Assembly (NCBI GenBank): GCA_963755025.1 | Contig: CAVWIH010000011.1 | Span: 1 to 64,000 of the forward strand | DNA length: 64,000 bases | Source: an uncultured Actinomycetes bacterium | GTDB lineage: Bacteria; Actinomycetota; Thermoleophilia; UBA2241 | Direction of reading: 5' to 3' | In this document: positions 30,076 to 47,437 of the stretch, piece after piece | How the letters are laid out: each line of letters starts with the position of its first letter | How positions within the stretch are numbered: the stretch's first letter is position 1 | Notes under the pieces: model-generated | Seen by the model: the letters and a program-made list of their open reading frames with translations, nothing else | The model's database searches: none | Told to the model about the DNA's origin: nothing | Made by a program: the position numbers and the translations under genes

Positions 30076-31170
30076 CGCTCGCCCCCTGTCCTGCCGACCA
30101 GACCACGTCGACCACGGTGCCACCACCGAGTTCGCCGGCGACCTCAAGACGGGCGCCCACGGCCTCGGCTCGCTCGCGCATGATGCGCAGCCCCAGCTGC
30201 TCGGCGCCGACACTGGCGCGATCGAACCCCTCGCCGTCGTCGCCGACCGCCAGCCTGACGGCCTCGTCGGAGTGGGTCAGCGTCACCCACGCCCGGCGGG
30301 CGTGGGCGTGACGCACCATGTTGTTCGTCGCCTCCTGGGCGATGCGGTAGAGCGCGATCGTCACGTCGGCGGGCAGCGCCCGCAGGTCATCGTCGACGTT
30401 CAGCGCGATCGCCGTGTGTGTGCGAGCCTCGGCGGCCTGCACGACGTGCGCCAGCAGATCGTCGAGCGACGACTGCGCCAGGGCGCCAGGGCGCATCTCG
30501 AGCAGCAGTGTGCGCATCTCGGCGAGAGCGCCTCGCGTGAGCCGCTGCACGTCGAGCAGGTTCCGGCGCGCCCGCGCCGAGGCCGGGTCGGATCTTGCAG
30601 CAGGGCCTCGGCCGTGAGGCTGGCGGCGAACAGCGACTGCGTCACCGAGTCGTGCAGCTCGCGGGCGAGGCGCGAGCGCTCGGCGGCCGCAGCGCCGCGC
30701 TCGATCTGCTCGCGCAGCCGGGCGTTCTCGATGGCCAGGGCGGCCTGATCGGCAAACGACGCGGCAAGGCGGACCTCGTTGTCGTCGAAGCGTCGTGGCC
30801 GCTGCGGTAGTACAGCGCGATCACGCCGTACACCTCGTCGCGCACGACCAGGGGCACCGCAAGACAGGCCCGGCAGTCAGGCCGCCGCCCGGCGCGCCCG
30901 CCGTCGTCGGTCTCGTCGGCCGGCGCCGCGCCGGGGTCGGTCGCCGCCACCGCCCGCCGCGCCGCAAGGGCTTGCCCGACGGGACCGCCCTCCAACGGCA
31001 GCGGCAGCGGCGCGTCTGAGGCGCCGAACGGGGTGAGCCCGACCGTCGCCTGGGTGCTCAGCCGCTTCTCCGCCGTCTCGAGCCGGAAGAGCCTGGCGCC
31101 GTCGCTTCCCAGGAACTGCCGCGCCTGCACGACGATGTCGAGCAGCAGCTCCGACAGCGGCCGGTCGAGT
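30065..31170 (-). pseudogene. GAF + HisKA_3 + HATPase sensor kinase, 5'-truncated and frameshifted
   Basis: ERSRLARELHDSVTQSLF, RIAQEATNN, DDGEGF, GLRIMRERA; in-frame TGA immediately upstream of LDRPLSELL and no start. Confidence 0.7.
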
Positions 31171-31290
31171 CAGCCAAGAAGGGCGCGCTGTCGAGCGAGG
31201 AGAGGGCGCGGCTCGAGAGGTTCTATCACCCGACGGCTGTCTGACGAGCGAGGCGGAAAGCGCGCTCGGGACCGGCGAACCAGACCAGCG

Positions 31291-31326
31291 GTCGAAGGGG
31301 CCGTCCGGGAGGGCGGCCCTTTCGAC
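31291..31326 (+). terminator. Hairpin (terminator-like)
   Basis: gtcgaaggggccgtcc-ggga-gggcggcccctttcgac. Confidence 0.6.
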
Positions 31327-31371
31327 GTCGGTGGCCGGTCGCTAGACTGGCGAAGTCAAACAAGGAGCGCA

Positions 31372-31815
31372 GTGGACCAGTCAGCACCTGCATTGTCGAC
31401 TACGTGGCGCGTCGCGGGAGACGAGCAGCGTCCCGGCGGTGCGCCGATCGCCGAAGCCCTCTCGATGACCAGGCCTATCGTCGAGTACATGGCCACCGCC
31501 TGGAGGGTCGAGACGGCCGACCAGACGCCCTCGACGACGATGGAGGCGGCTCGGTGGACGCTGCGACGCACCTACACGCTCAGGCGTGTCAGCCGTGCTC
31601 AAGCGGGCCGTGGCAGCCAGAAGGAAGCCGCCGAGCGGCTGCGAGCTGCCGAGCGGCTGCAAACCGCGGTCGAACGGCTCGAGACGCGGTTCACGGTGCC
31701 CGCGGGCCTCGATGCCGGTGAGCGCGCCGAGCTTCAGCAGATCGCCGCGAAGAACTGCATCTACGGATTGCTGAGCCAGGCCGGCCCCCTCATCGAGCAG
31801 AACGCGTCGGGGTGA
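31372..31815 (+). CDS. Hypothetical protein converging on the tRNA 3' end
   Basis: AAGGAG RBS, TAGACT -10 upstream; ends 4 bp from the tRNA CCA. Confidence 0.55.
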   Translation: MDQSAPALSTTWRVAGDEQRPGGAPIAEALSMTRPIVEYMATAWRVETADQTPSTTMEAARWTLRRTYTLRRVSRAQAGRGSQKEAAERLRAAERLQTAVERLETRFTVPAGLDAGERAELQQIAAKNCIYGLLSQAGPLIEQNASG

Positions 31816-31819
31816 CCGC

Positions 31820-31895
31820 TGGAGCCGGCGAACGGAATCGAACCGTTGACCTACTGCTTACAAGGCAGTCGCTCTGCCAACTGAGCTACGCCGGC
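31820..31895 (-). tRNA. tRNA-Thr (anticodon UGU)
   Basis: GCCGGCGTAGCTCAGTTGGCAGAGCG ACTGC-CTTGTAA-GCAGT AGGTCAACGGTTCGATTCCGTTCGCCGGCTCCA; 76 nt with encoded CCA. Confidence 0.97.
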
Positions 31896-32096
31896 CCGCG
31901 GGTAGTCTACCGTCCCGACGACGGGCGCGTGAACCGCGTGGACGGCGCGCCATGACGGCCGCCGATCGTTTCGCGCGGCCCCTCGCGCGCGAAGGCCGGT
32001 GCCTGCCTGCACCCTGACCCGATCGCACACGAACCCCTTAACGCCGCGCCTCACGTACGTAACGCGAACTTAAGAATCGGCCGCTATCGTTGTGTC

Positions 32097-32162
32097 ACCC
32101 TCCTTACAAGGGCAGCCCCAAGCCCTTGGCGAGCCCCGCCCCCAGCGGGGCTCGCGCCAGTT
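32097..32162 (+). ncRNA. 6C-like small RNA, copy A
   Basis: ACCCTCC leader; CAAGGGC-AGCCCCAA-GCCCTTG and GCGAGCCCCGC-CCCCA-GCGGGGCTCGC hairpins; homologous to 35930-35998. Confidence 0.6.
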
Positions 32163-32187
32163 CCGGGTCGCTTTCGGCGAACGGGTC

Positions 32188-32288
32188 GCCCCGGGCGCCG
32201 CCTCGGGCACACACCCCGGCGCCGCCTCGAGCACACCCCAGCGCCGCCTCGAGCACACACCCCAGCGCCGCCTCAAAGGCACCTCCCG
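32188..32288. repeat. 22-24-bp tandem repeat x4 (cccc(a/g)gcgccgcctcgagcaca(ca))
   Basis: Seen directly. Confidence 0.75.
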
Positions 32289-32413
32289 ACACCGCCGCGG
32301 ACCGCCGCTCACGCGCCACGCACGGCTTTCTCGCGCGGTGCTCATCTGCTCCCTGTACAAGCGGTGGGCACGGTGCGGCGGCGGCGGCACACGACCGCGA
32401 AAGGCGATTCAGC

Positions 32414-32891
32414 GTGGGCAAGACTCGGGTCCTCTTTCTCTGCGTGGGCAACACGGCTCGCAGCCAGATGGCCGAGGCGTTTCTGCGAGCCTACGGCGGG
32501 GACCGGTACGAGGCGCGCAGCGCCGGCCTCCAGCCGCAGGAGATCGAGCCTCTGGCCATCGTGGTCATGCAGGAGGCCGGCTTCGACATGCGCAGCCACT
32601 TTCCGAAGGGCCTGAGAGCTCCCCCGCAGGCTCCGCTTCGACTACGTGATCACGGTCTGCAACCGCGCCGAGCGCCGGTACGCGAGGCTGCCGGGCATGG
32701 GCGAACATCTCAGCTGGCCGTTTGCCGACCCCGCCGCCTGCACGGGAAGTGAAGCGGAGCGTCTGGCCGGCTATCGCAGGGTCCGCGACGGCATCGACCT
32801 GTTCATCCGCGAGTGGCTCGGGGAGCGCGACGCGAGACCGTCGGCAGCCTCACCTCAAGCTCGCCGCCACGACACGCGGCGCTCACCATAA
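32414..32891 (+). CDS. arsC: Arsenate reductase ArsC / LMW phosphatase family (frameshift near 32625)
   Basis: [37 protein letters not shown]. Confidence 0.8.
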
Positions 32892-32964
32892 CGTCTCATG
32901 ATGAGCTCGGCATGCCGCATGGTGCGATGCGCGCTCCACGACCGAAAGAAGGCGGGTGGCTGCG

Positions 32965-33379
32965 ATGACGACAGAGCTCTCCCAAGGTCCGGTCTCGAGC
33001 GTCGAAGTGGAGGTCGCCTGGCTCCGGCAGCCAAAGCTCCCGTTCGAGGTCGGCGTCGTCACCGTGTCGGAGCGCACCTCGCTCGTCGTTCTGCAGGGTG
33101 AGGTCGACGGCAGGACGGTGCCGCTCGTGCGCGATGCCGTAGTGGGCGCCCTCGATACGGGCGCCAAGGCGCTCGTGATCGACCTCAGCGCGGTATCGTC
33201 GATCGACAGCCTGGGGCTCGGCGTGATCGTCATGGCCGCCCGGAACCTGGGCCTGGGCGCGGTCGCCGTGGTCCTGCCGTACCGCGGGCTGGTGCGTATC
33301 TTCCGCCTCTGCGGCCTCGATCGCCTGCTCGAAGATCTACCAGACGCGCGAGCTCGCCCTGCGCGGCGTGCTGGGGTGA
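32965..33379 (+). CDS. STAS-domain anti-sigma factor antagonist (frameshift near 33332)
   Basis: LQGEVD, IDLSAVSSIDSLGLG, RIFRLCGLD, then IYQTRELAL in the next frame. Confidence 0.8.
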
Positions 33380-33398
33380 GACGCCGGGCGAGAGCCCG

Positions 33399-34926
33399 TC
33401 AAGGCACGGGTACGCACGAGGCCGCCAGAGCGAGCATCGTGGTGTTCGAGAGTTGCTCGTCGAGGGTGTTCGAGACCCAGTAGGCCACGCCGGCGGAGCG
33501 CCAGGCGACCATGCGCAAACGGTCGCCGTCGTAGTACAGCGAGCAGAGGCGCCCGCCGACCGTCGCGGTCGAGTCGGGGCTCGCCAGGATCGGGGCCGCC
33601 GGCCAGGCGATGGCCTGCACATCCCAGGAACCGCCCTGGGGCGTCGTGCCCACCACGACCGCCGCCTTGACCGCGCCCGAGGGTGTCGACACGGTGTACG
33701 AACGAAACTCGTCGTATCCCGCGCCGGCGGGCAGGCTCGCCGGCAGAGAGAGGGGCAAGCCGCAGCGGCGCTGCAGCGCCCGCCACTTCGGCCACGTGGC
33801 GGAGCGAGTCGGTGACGACCGGCTTGGAACCGGACGCCGCCGTCGAGGGTGACGCGGACGGGCTCGCTGCGCTCGTCGGCGCCGAGGCGGTCGTCGCCGC
33901 GCCGGCCTTTACCCCGGCCGCCGCTGTGCGAGGCGTCGCCCACTGGGGGTGCAGAAACCGGCGCACCGCCGCGCGCACCTGACCCCGGGTCGCCACGACG
34001 TAGTCGATGCCGTCGATCATCGGCGCGGAGCCGTAGACGTGGGTCTGATAGACGCGGGCGTTGTCGAGCCGCAGCGCCAGCTTGAGCAGCCCGTACGACT
34101 TGCCCAGGCTCGAGATGTCGGAGGTCACGTTGTGCGAGACGATGCCCATCACGGCCAGGAACCGCGGCAGACTGGAGAGCCTGGCCGACGTCATGAGCTG
34201 CCGCTTCATCTCGCGCAGAAAGATCTCCTGGCGCACGATGCGCGTGAAGTCGCCGCTCTGGTCGTGACGGAACCGCACCCACGACAGCGCGGCGGCGCCG
34301 CTCAAGCGCTGGTAGCCCGGCTGTATGTTGATCGATGCGTAGTCGGTCACCGCGGTGTCGTTGTAGTAGCGGCGGTCGATCATGAGGTAGGCGCCGCCGA
34401 GCTTGTTGACGACCTGCTTGAAGCCGTCGAAGTCGATGTCGACGAAGTCGTTGATGGGAATGCCCAGCAACCGCTTGGTGACCCGTAACGAGAGCGCGGC
34501 GCCGCCATAGGCGTAGGCGGCGTTTATCTTGGTGAGTCCGTAGCCGGGGATCTCGACGCGCAGGTCGCGCGGCACGGAGAGCAGGGAGATGCTGTCCGTC
34601 TGCGGGTCGAGGCGCACGACCATCAGCGTGTCGGAGCGCGCGCCCAGGCTGAGGTCGCCGGCGCGCCGGTCGCTGCCCAGGACGAGGATGTTGATCGGCT
34701 TTCCCGGCCGGCTGTGCGCGAGCTGGGGCCGGACCGCCGCGACCTCCTGCGGGTCGTTGCGCGCGACCTGGCCGGTGGTGCGCTGCAGCCAGGCCGCGGC
34801 CACGCCGGCCGTCAGGCCCGCGCACACCGCGAGCGCCACGACCGTCCACACGGCCACGACCAGCCAGCGCGGCCTGCCCGGCAGGCGCTTCGCCTTGACG
34901 ATGACATAGCGGGTTGTGGTGGGCAC
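33399..34926 (-). CDS. LCP (LytR-CpsA-Psr) family protein (frameshift near 33770)
   Basis: NILVLGSDRR, RSDTLM, SVPRD, KINAAY, WVRFRH, DFTRIVRQ; C-terminal YWVSNTL domain. Confidence 0.88.
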
Positions 34927-35097
34927 GGACCGATCCTGAACGCTTCAGCCTGGCGCCCCGCGGATAGGCGGGCCGTGCTCACATTCTGGCGTCACACGAT
35001 GAGGGATCGGTTAGCCGCACGTTGGCCTTTCGCGCACGGATCGGCGCGACACCGGGTCCGCGAGGGGAACGTCGCCCGCTCGTGGCCCCTCAACGCG

Positions 35098-35670
35098 TCA
35101 GACCGGACCCGCCCCGTCGCCGGCGCCGACGTAGTAGCCGACGGTCTGCACCGACCAGCGCCCCTTGGGGTCGATCGCCCTGACCTCGGCGGCCAGCTCG
35201 CTCAGGCGTTCCTCGAAGCGCCGGTAGGCGGCCGCGTCGAAGGCGCTGCGCCGCTCGTCGAAGAGCGCCTGCCAGGCGCGAGAGTCGATGGGTGCGTAGC
35301 TCTTCGGGTAGCACAGCCCCAGGATGGCGGTCGCGACCCCGAGGCCCACGCCGGGCAGTAAGCCGAGGGTCGCGAGCCGTGCGCGCAGTTCGAAGCCGGC
35401 ATCCTTGTCTTTGAAGGCGAAGGCCATCTGCGTGACGCGCTTGATGCGTTTCTCGGAGCTGGACTCGAGCAGATGCGCGGCCCGTCCGTACTGGTCGCCG
35501 AGCTTCCAACGACAGACCGCGAGGAACTCGTCGCACGACAGATAGAAGGGCACGCGCTTGTCGCGAGCGCGAGCCAGGCGGGCCTTGAGCCGCTCGGCCT
35601 CGACGAGGCCGGGGACTTCTGTGTGCTTTGCGGCGAGGCGACGATCCTTCAGGGTGGCGGCGGTGATCAT
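35098..35670 (-). CDS. HhH-containing protein, DNA glycosylase-like
   Basis: CRWK, LPGVGLGVATAIL, PIDSRAW; GGGAGG RBS. Confidence 0.6.
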   Translation of the reverse strand: MITAATLKDRRLAAKHTEVPGLVEAERLKARLARARDKRVPFYLSCDEFLAVCRWKLGDQYGRAAHLLESSSEKRIKRVTQMAFAFKDKDAGFELRARLATLGLLPGVGLGVATAILGLCYPKSYAPIDSRAWQALFDERRSAFDAAAYRRFEERLSELAAEVRAIDPKGRWSVQTVGYYVGAGDGAGPV

Positions 35671-35784
35671 GGGGCGGACCCTCCCGGCTCGGTCGTTGAG
35701 CGTGACTGCCCTGGATGCTGCCAAGGCCGTGCTCTCTACGTCGTACACCTCAGGGACGACGATGACAAGGCTCAGGCTGAGGGT

Positions 35785-35863
35785 CACCGGAAGGGGCAGC
35801 CCGCCGCCCCGGGGTGAGACGGGGCGGCGGGCTCAGCAGATCCCTGGCTCAGGGGGATCTCTG
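35785..35863 (-). ncRNA. Twin-hairpin sRNA candidate, copy C
   Basis: AGATCCC-CCTGAGCCA-GGGATCT plus a 14-bp stem with TCTCACCC loop; TACGTT -10 and CTCAM 11-bp repeats upstream. Confidence 0.4.
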
Positions 35864-35929
35864 AATCTCAACGTACCCCGCCCGTTTGAGCGTGTCGTGA
35901 GGGTCGGGTGAGTCTTCGCTTCAGACCCT

Positions 35930-35998
35930 ACAAACGCGACGAGCCCCGCGGGGGGGCGGAGCTCGTCGGCAGGGCTTGGGGTTGCCCTTGAGGGGGGT
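35930..35998 (-). ncRNA. 6C-like small RNA, copy B
   Basis: ACCCCCCT leader; AGGGC-AACCCCAA-GCCCT and a 13-bp stem with CCCCCC loop, then GTTTGT. Confidence 0.62.
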
Positions 35999-36004
35999 CG
36001 ATAG

Positions 36005-39941
<3,937 letters not shown>

Positions 39942-40075
39942 CGTGCCGGCGATTCTACCGCACCGCCCGGTGTCGCCAGTTGTGACAACGGGGCGCAGGA
40001 GCCCGACGACGCGCGTCGTAGGTATATCGAACCGTACGTTGGACCGCCGCGGAGTTCAGCCTGGTTCGCAACAGC

Positions 40076-40967
40076 ATGTCCCTACACCCCGATATCGTCG
40101 GTCGTCGCGTCACCATGCGCCGCGTGGCGGCCCTCGCAGGCACGCTCGTCGCCGTCTCCGGCATGCTGCTGGCGGGTGGTTCGCTCTACCTGTGGCCGCT
40201 GTTCATCTTCCCTCTGCTGCTCGGCGCGGTGTTCTTCTTCGAGCTCGGCGGCCTGCTGGTGGCCGGCTGGCTCGGCGGCTTCTTCGTGGCCTGCTTCGCC
40301 CTGCGCCAGCCGGTCGACGCCGGCACCACGCGCCAGGCGATCGTGGGCCTCGCCGCGTTCAGCCTGGCGGGCCTCGTCTTCGGGCGCGTGCAGCGCGACC
40401 AGCACCAGCGCCAAGGCACGCTGGCCGCCTCGTCGCTCACCGACCGCCTGACCGGCCTCTACAACTACGGCACCTTCGCCGACTACCTGCACAACGAGGT
40501 CACCAAGGCCGACCGCTACGGCGGCGAGCTCACCCTGATCATGCTCGACCTCGACCACTTCAAGCGCTTCAACGACCGCCACGGGCACGAAGCCGGCAAC
40601 GACCTGCTGCAAACGCGTCGGCGCCACCCTGCAGGCGGTCGTCCGCGAGGCCGACATGGCGGCCCGTTACGGCGGCGAAGAGTTCGCGCTGCTGATCAGC
40701 GGCGACGCCCACGACGGCATCGAGCTCGCCGAGCGCGTGCGCCACGCCATCGAGAGCACGGCGCTCGAGCTGCGCGGCGGCGAGGTGGCGTACGTCACGG
40801 CCAGCGCCGGCGTGGCGACCTACCCCCTCGGATCGTCGAGCGAGTCGCTGCTGGTCGAGCACGCCGACCGCGCGCTCTACGAATCAAAGCGCGCCGGCCG
40901 CAACCGCGTGACGGTCGACACCGACTCGGAGCCGCCCGGACACCTGTCGGTCACGCTCTCGGCCTGA
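40076..40967 (+). CDS. Membrane diguanylate cyclase (frameshift near 40612)
   Basis: DRLTGLYN, DLDHFKRFND, RYGGEEF, ADRALY..K..GRN. Confidence 0.88.
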
Positions 40968-41004
40968 GCGCCGGCACTCGGCGACCGGGGCCGAGCCGCC
41001 GTGA

Positions 41005-42458
41005 CTACTCAGGAGTGACGAGCTTGGCCGGCCCCAGCTTGGGCAGTCGGGTGTCGGGCCGGGCGAAGACCGCGCCGCTCATGAGCTCGACCCCCACCCG
41101 GCGCAGCGCCTTCATCTGGCGCACGTCGGCGACCTCGGGGGCGATCAGGCGCGCGTCGATGCGCGCCGCGAAGCGCAGCAGGAGCTGCACGATGTCGGTA
41201 AAGGTGGGGTCGTCGGCCGCGCCGGCGCTGATCACCGGGTCGAGCGCCAGGTAGTCGGGCTGGGCCCGGGTGATCAGGTCGAAGGCCGTGAGGCCGCTGC
41301 CCACGCCGGCCACGCACACCGGGAAGCCCATCTCGTGCACCGGCCCGAGCACGCGCAGCGCCGACGCGGCGTTGGCGGCCAGGTCGGCGACCTGCACCTC
41401 GAACACGACGTGCTGCGGCACAAGCGCCTTGTTCAGCGAGTAGAACTCGCTCAGCGCGAGCACCGCCGCGCCGGGCAGCTCGACCGACTCGCAGCGACAG
41501 CATGAGCAGCTCGTCGGGGGCCAGGCCGACGGCCTTGGTGACCGCCAGCTCGCGCGTCTCGATGCCGTAGCTGGGCAGCAGCGCCGAGCGCCGCGCGACC
41601 TCGTCGAGCACGTCGGGCAGGCGCAGCGGCGAGTAGAAGGGCCCGCGGATGGCGGTGTGGTAGCCGAGCACCCGGCGCGTCGGCGACGTCGACCACGGGC
41701 TCGAACAGCGGCTCGAGGCTGTGGTTGGCGACGGCGTCGGCCAGGGTGCGCTCGAGCTCGTCGTCGTAGATCAGCCACTCGCGCTCGGCGGCCTGCATGG
41801 CGGCCGCGACGCCGTTCTGCAGCGACTGCTCGAAGGTGAGGTCGGCGCCGGCCTGCAGCACGGCGACCGTGACGAACGGGTGCACGCGGTCGAACACGCC
41901 CGGCGCGAGGTCGTTCAGGAGCATCGACTGCAGGCGCTCGTAGACGCGCCGGCTGATGGCCGTGAGGTCGTCGCGGGCGATCTCCTTGGCGCGCCGCGGC
42001 GGCGAGAGCACGACGATGAAGGCGTTGTCGGAGAGCGTGAAGTCGGCCAGCACGTCGAGCCTGCGCAGCGAGGTGCCGACCATCTCCTGCAGGATGCTCG
42101 AGCAGGCGTCGAGCACGTCGGAGGTGACCTGCCAGCCGAAGACGCGCTCGAGGCGCCCGTAGCGCTTGAGGCCGACGTAGAGGATGGCCACCTCGCCGCG
42201 CTTTTCGAGCTCGAGACGGATGCCGTCGGCGATCAGGCGCAGCGAGGGCAGGGCGAGCGTGTCGTCGCTCACCAGGTTGCGCAGGTTGGCGCGCGCCTGC
42301 TGGGCGATGCGCTCGGAGGCGCGCTCCTCGGCGCCGCGTGCGGCCGCGGGCTGCCCGGCCTTGGGCTCGCCGTCGTTGCCGGCGCCCCCGCCGCCCTTGT
42401 GCTGCTCGGCCTCGCGCTCACCGTCGTGGGGCGCGCGCTCGTCGTCGTGGCCCTGCAT
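41005..42458 (-). CDS. Degenerate GGDEF + degenerate EAL domain protein (2 frameshifts)
   Basis: LEPLFEPVVD, VFEV, VAGVGSG, IAPEV...ELMSG; catalytic residues altered. Confidence 0.7.
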
Positions 42459-42478
42459 GGTCTCCCCCGCCGGCGGAC

Positions 42479-42853
42479 CTAGCCGGTCTTGTCGGTGCTC
42501 GGGCGACGCGAGGCGTCGCCGCCGGACTTGCCTTCGCTTTTCTTGGCGTCGCCGCCGCCGTTGCCGGCGGCGCCCGACGCGGGCTTGTCCGCTTTTTTGG
42601 AGGTGTCGCTGCTCGCGGGCTTGGCCTCGTCGGCCGTGCGGGCGGCGTCGCTCGCGGCGCGCGCCTTGCTGGAGCCGCGCCCGTAGTCGGTGGTGTAGAA
42701 ACCCGAGCCTTTGAAGTGGATGGCGACCGGGTGCAGCACCTTGGAGACGTGCCCGCCGCAGACCTCACAGGTCTCGAGCGGGTCGTCTGAGAACTTCTGG
42801 AAGACCTCGAGGGTGTGGCCGCACACCTCGCAGCGGTACTCGTAGATCGGCAA
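42479..42853 (-). CDS. FmdB family zinc-ribbon protein
   Basis: MPIYEYRCEVCG...CEVCG...FKGSGFYTTD. Confidence 0.92.
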   Translation of the reverse strand: MPIYEYRCEVCGHTLEVFQKFSDDPLETCEVCGGHVSKVLHPVAIHFKGSGFYTTDYGRGSSKARAASDAARTADEAKPASSDTSKKADKPASGAAGNGGGDAKKSEGKSGGDASRRPSTDKTG

Positions 42854-42949
42854 AGCTCTGCTCCTGGGCTTCGTTGCGGCTCGGGTTTTTCAGTCTAGCA
42901 CAGGCTCGCCCGTGGTCGGCGCGAGCCGGTTGCGAGACGCGAGCCGCCG

Positions 42950-43662
42950 CTACTGCCCGGGCGTGAAGGGCGGCACGTGCCCGGGAATGAGCGTGACGGC
43001 TCCCCACGAGGCGATCGCCCGCCAGGATGCCGCGAGCACCGGGTCGGGCCCGGCGTCGGCGCCGGCCACGACGCGCTCGAAGTCGTCGCGCAACGGGCCG
43101 ATAGTGTCGCCGGTGAGCACGACGAGGCCGGCCGCGGTGTCGACCTTGAAGCACACGCTGCCCTCGGTGTGGCCCGGCGTGCGCGCCCAGGCGATGCCCG
43201 GCGCGAGCTCGCCCTGCGTCGCCCGACAGCAGCCGCAACCGCTCGAGCGGCAGCAGGCCGGCCACCATGGCGCGGCCCGGGTCGTCGAGCTCGAGCTCGT
43301 GCATGGCCACCGGCCCCGGCACGTCGGCACAGGCGCCGGCGTGGTCCAAGTGGGCGTGCGTGAGGGCGATGAAGTCGAGGTCGGCCACGCCCAGGCCGCG
43401 AGCGGCCAGCGCCTTGATGACGGGCTCGTTCTGCAGGTGCGATGCCGGGATCGACCAGGATGGTCTGCGGGCCGCGCAGCAGCACCGTGTTGGGGAACGT
43501 GGTCATGCCCACCACCTGGCGTGCGGCGGCCAGCGCCTCGTAGGCCACGAAGCCCTCGGGCGAGCGGTGGTCGGGCTCGACCTCGACGCGCCCGCCGTCG
43601 ACCCAGAAGGCGAAGCGCGCCGTGGGCAGCAGCAGGTCGACGTCGTACACGGGCGCGCTCAT
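42950..43662 (-). CDS. MBL-fold metallo-hydrolase (2 frameshifts)
   Basis: ILVDPG, THAHLDHAG, TPGHTEG, TGD, IPGH. Confidence 0.78.
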
Positions 43663-43664
43663 GG

Positions 43665-44012
43665 TCAGACGGCGGCCGGGGCGTCGGCGGCCTCGGGGCC
43701 GTTGGGGTCGCGCGCGTAGACCACGTCGACGCGCTCGAGGTTGAGCACGAGGTACGGCACGGTCTCGATCAGCTCGTCGCTCGCGGCGCGGTAGATGCTC
43801 GCCCGCGACAGGGTGAGGCGGTCGTCGGTGATGTGACGCAGATGGTCTGACGAGCGGCGGCTCGACACCCGGCCGTTGTGGCCGAAATGGGCGTAGCCCA
43901 CGATCTTGAGGCCGCCCGTGTAGGCCACCACTTCGAGCTCGAGAAAGCCGATCTCGACCTTGAACTCGGGGCCCGACTCGCCGTTGCGCACCATCACCTG
44001 TTCGTCGTCCAC
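43665..44012 (-). CDS. Hypothetical protein (DUF6812-like)
   Basis: GAGGAG RBS; KIVG..H...RSSDHL...YLVLN pattern. Confidence 0.6.
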   Translation of the reverse strand: MDDEQVMVRNGESGPEFKVEIGFLELEVVAYTGGLKIVGYAHFGHNGRVSSRRSSDHLRHITDDRLTLSRASIYRAASDELIETVPYLVLNLERVDVVYARDPNGPEAADAPAAV

Positions 44013-44122
44013 GCTCTTCTCCTCGCCTAACAGAAAGAATTCCACGGCGGACTCCTCGGCTGCGTTTTCGTGGCTCGAGCACGCGACCGCCGGCCGCTTG
44101 CCGGCCGGCGCCTGCGTGCTCG

Positions 44123-44320
44123 TCACTCGTCTACAGTCTCTTTGTCGCCCGTGGCGCAGGATTCTTGAGTACAGGGGGGCCCGCCAAAGGCGGCCACGGC
44201 GCGACAGGCGCGCGCCGCGAGCATGCTGCGGCAGCGCCGGCCGGCGGCGCCGGGCGCCAGGACGACGCTCAGGGCGCCGCCCAGGATGGTGCCGACGAAC
44301 AACGTACGCACGCGTGCCAT
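44123..44320 (-). CDS. Small YtxH-like membrane protein
   Basis: [16 protein letters not shown]. Confidence 0.45.
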   Translation of the reverse strand: MARVRTLFVGTILGGALSVVLAPGAAGRRCRSMLAARACRAVAAFGGPPCTQESCATGDKETVDE

Positions 44321-44387
44321 GCAGCCACTATAGGACAGGGCGCGCGGCCCGGGCAACGCCCGGGCCGCGCGCCCCCACGGCCCGCTT

Positions 44388-46849
<2,462 letters not shown>

Positions 46850-46999
46850 ATCGTCATCCTTCGTCGTCGTCTCTCGCACAAATCGTTGGTCGTCGCGAGC
46901 GGCGGTCGCTTGCGGCGCCGGGGCGCCGGCTTTGTAGCGGCGGCGCGTGCCGACGCCGTTAGCGGCGTCGGGGGCGTCGCGCCTTAGCAGCGGCGACCC

Positions 47000-47407
47000 T
47001 TAGCGGCGCCGCTTGCCGACGCGCACGATCGCCATGTGGCCGAGCGGCACCAGGTCGCGGCGCGACGAACGCTCGACGCGGCGCACCTCGTCGCGCAGGT
47101 CGTCGGCGGCGCGCGCCAGCTGCGTCTCCAAGCGCAGCACCTGGTCGTGCGCCAGCGCGAGCTGGCTTTCGAGCGCGAGCACGCGCTCGACGCCGGCCAG
47201 GTTGAGACCGAGGTCGGTCAGCTCCTGGATGCGTTGCAGGCGGTCGACGTCGGCGCGCGAGTAGAGCCGCGTGTTCTTGGCCGAACGCTGCGGCTGCAAC
47301 AGGCCGCGGCGCTCGTAGAGGCGCAGCGTCTGCGGGTGCATGGCGGCCAGCTCGGCCGCGATCGAGATCATGAAGAGCGGTCTGGTAGGGTCGTCGCGTT
47401 GCGCCAT
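47000..47407 (-). CDS. hspR: Heat-shock repressor HspR (MerR family)
   Basis: ISIAAELAAMHPQTLRLYERRGLL, GLNLAGV; operon position. Confidence 0.93.
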   Translation of the reverse strand: MAQRDDPTRPLFMISIAAELAAMHPQTLRLYERRGLLQPQRSAKNTRLYSRADVDRLQRIQELTDLGLNLAGVERVLALESQLALAHDQVLRLETQLARAADDLRDEVRRVERSSRRDLVPLGHMAIVRVGKRRR

Positions 47408-47437
47408 GGCGCATCACCGCCCGGGTCGTCTTTGTGG

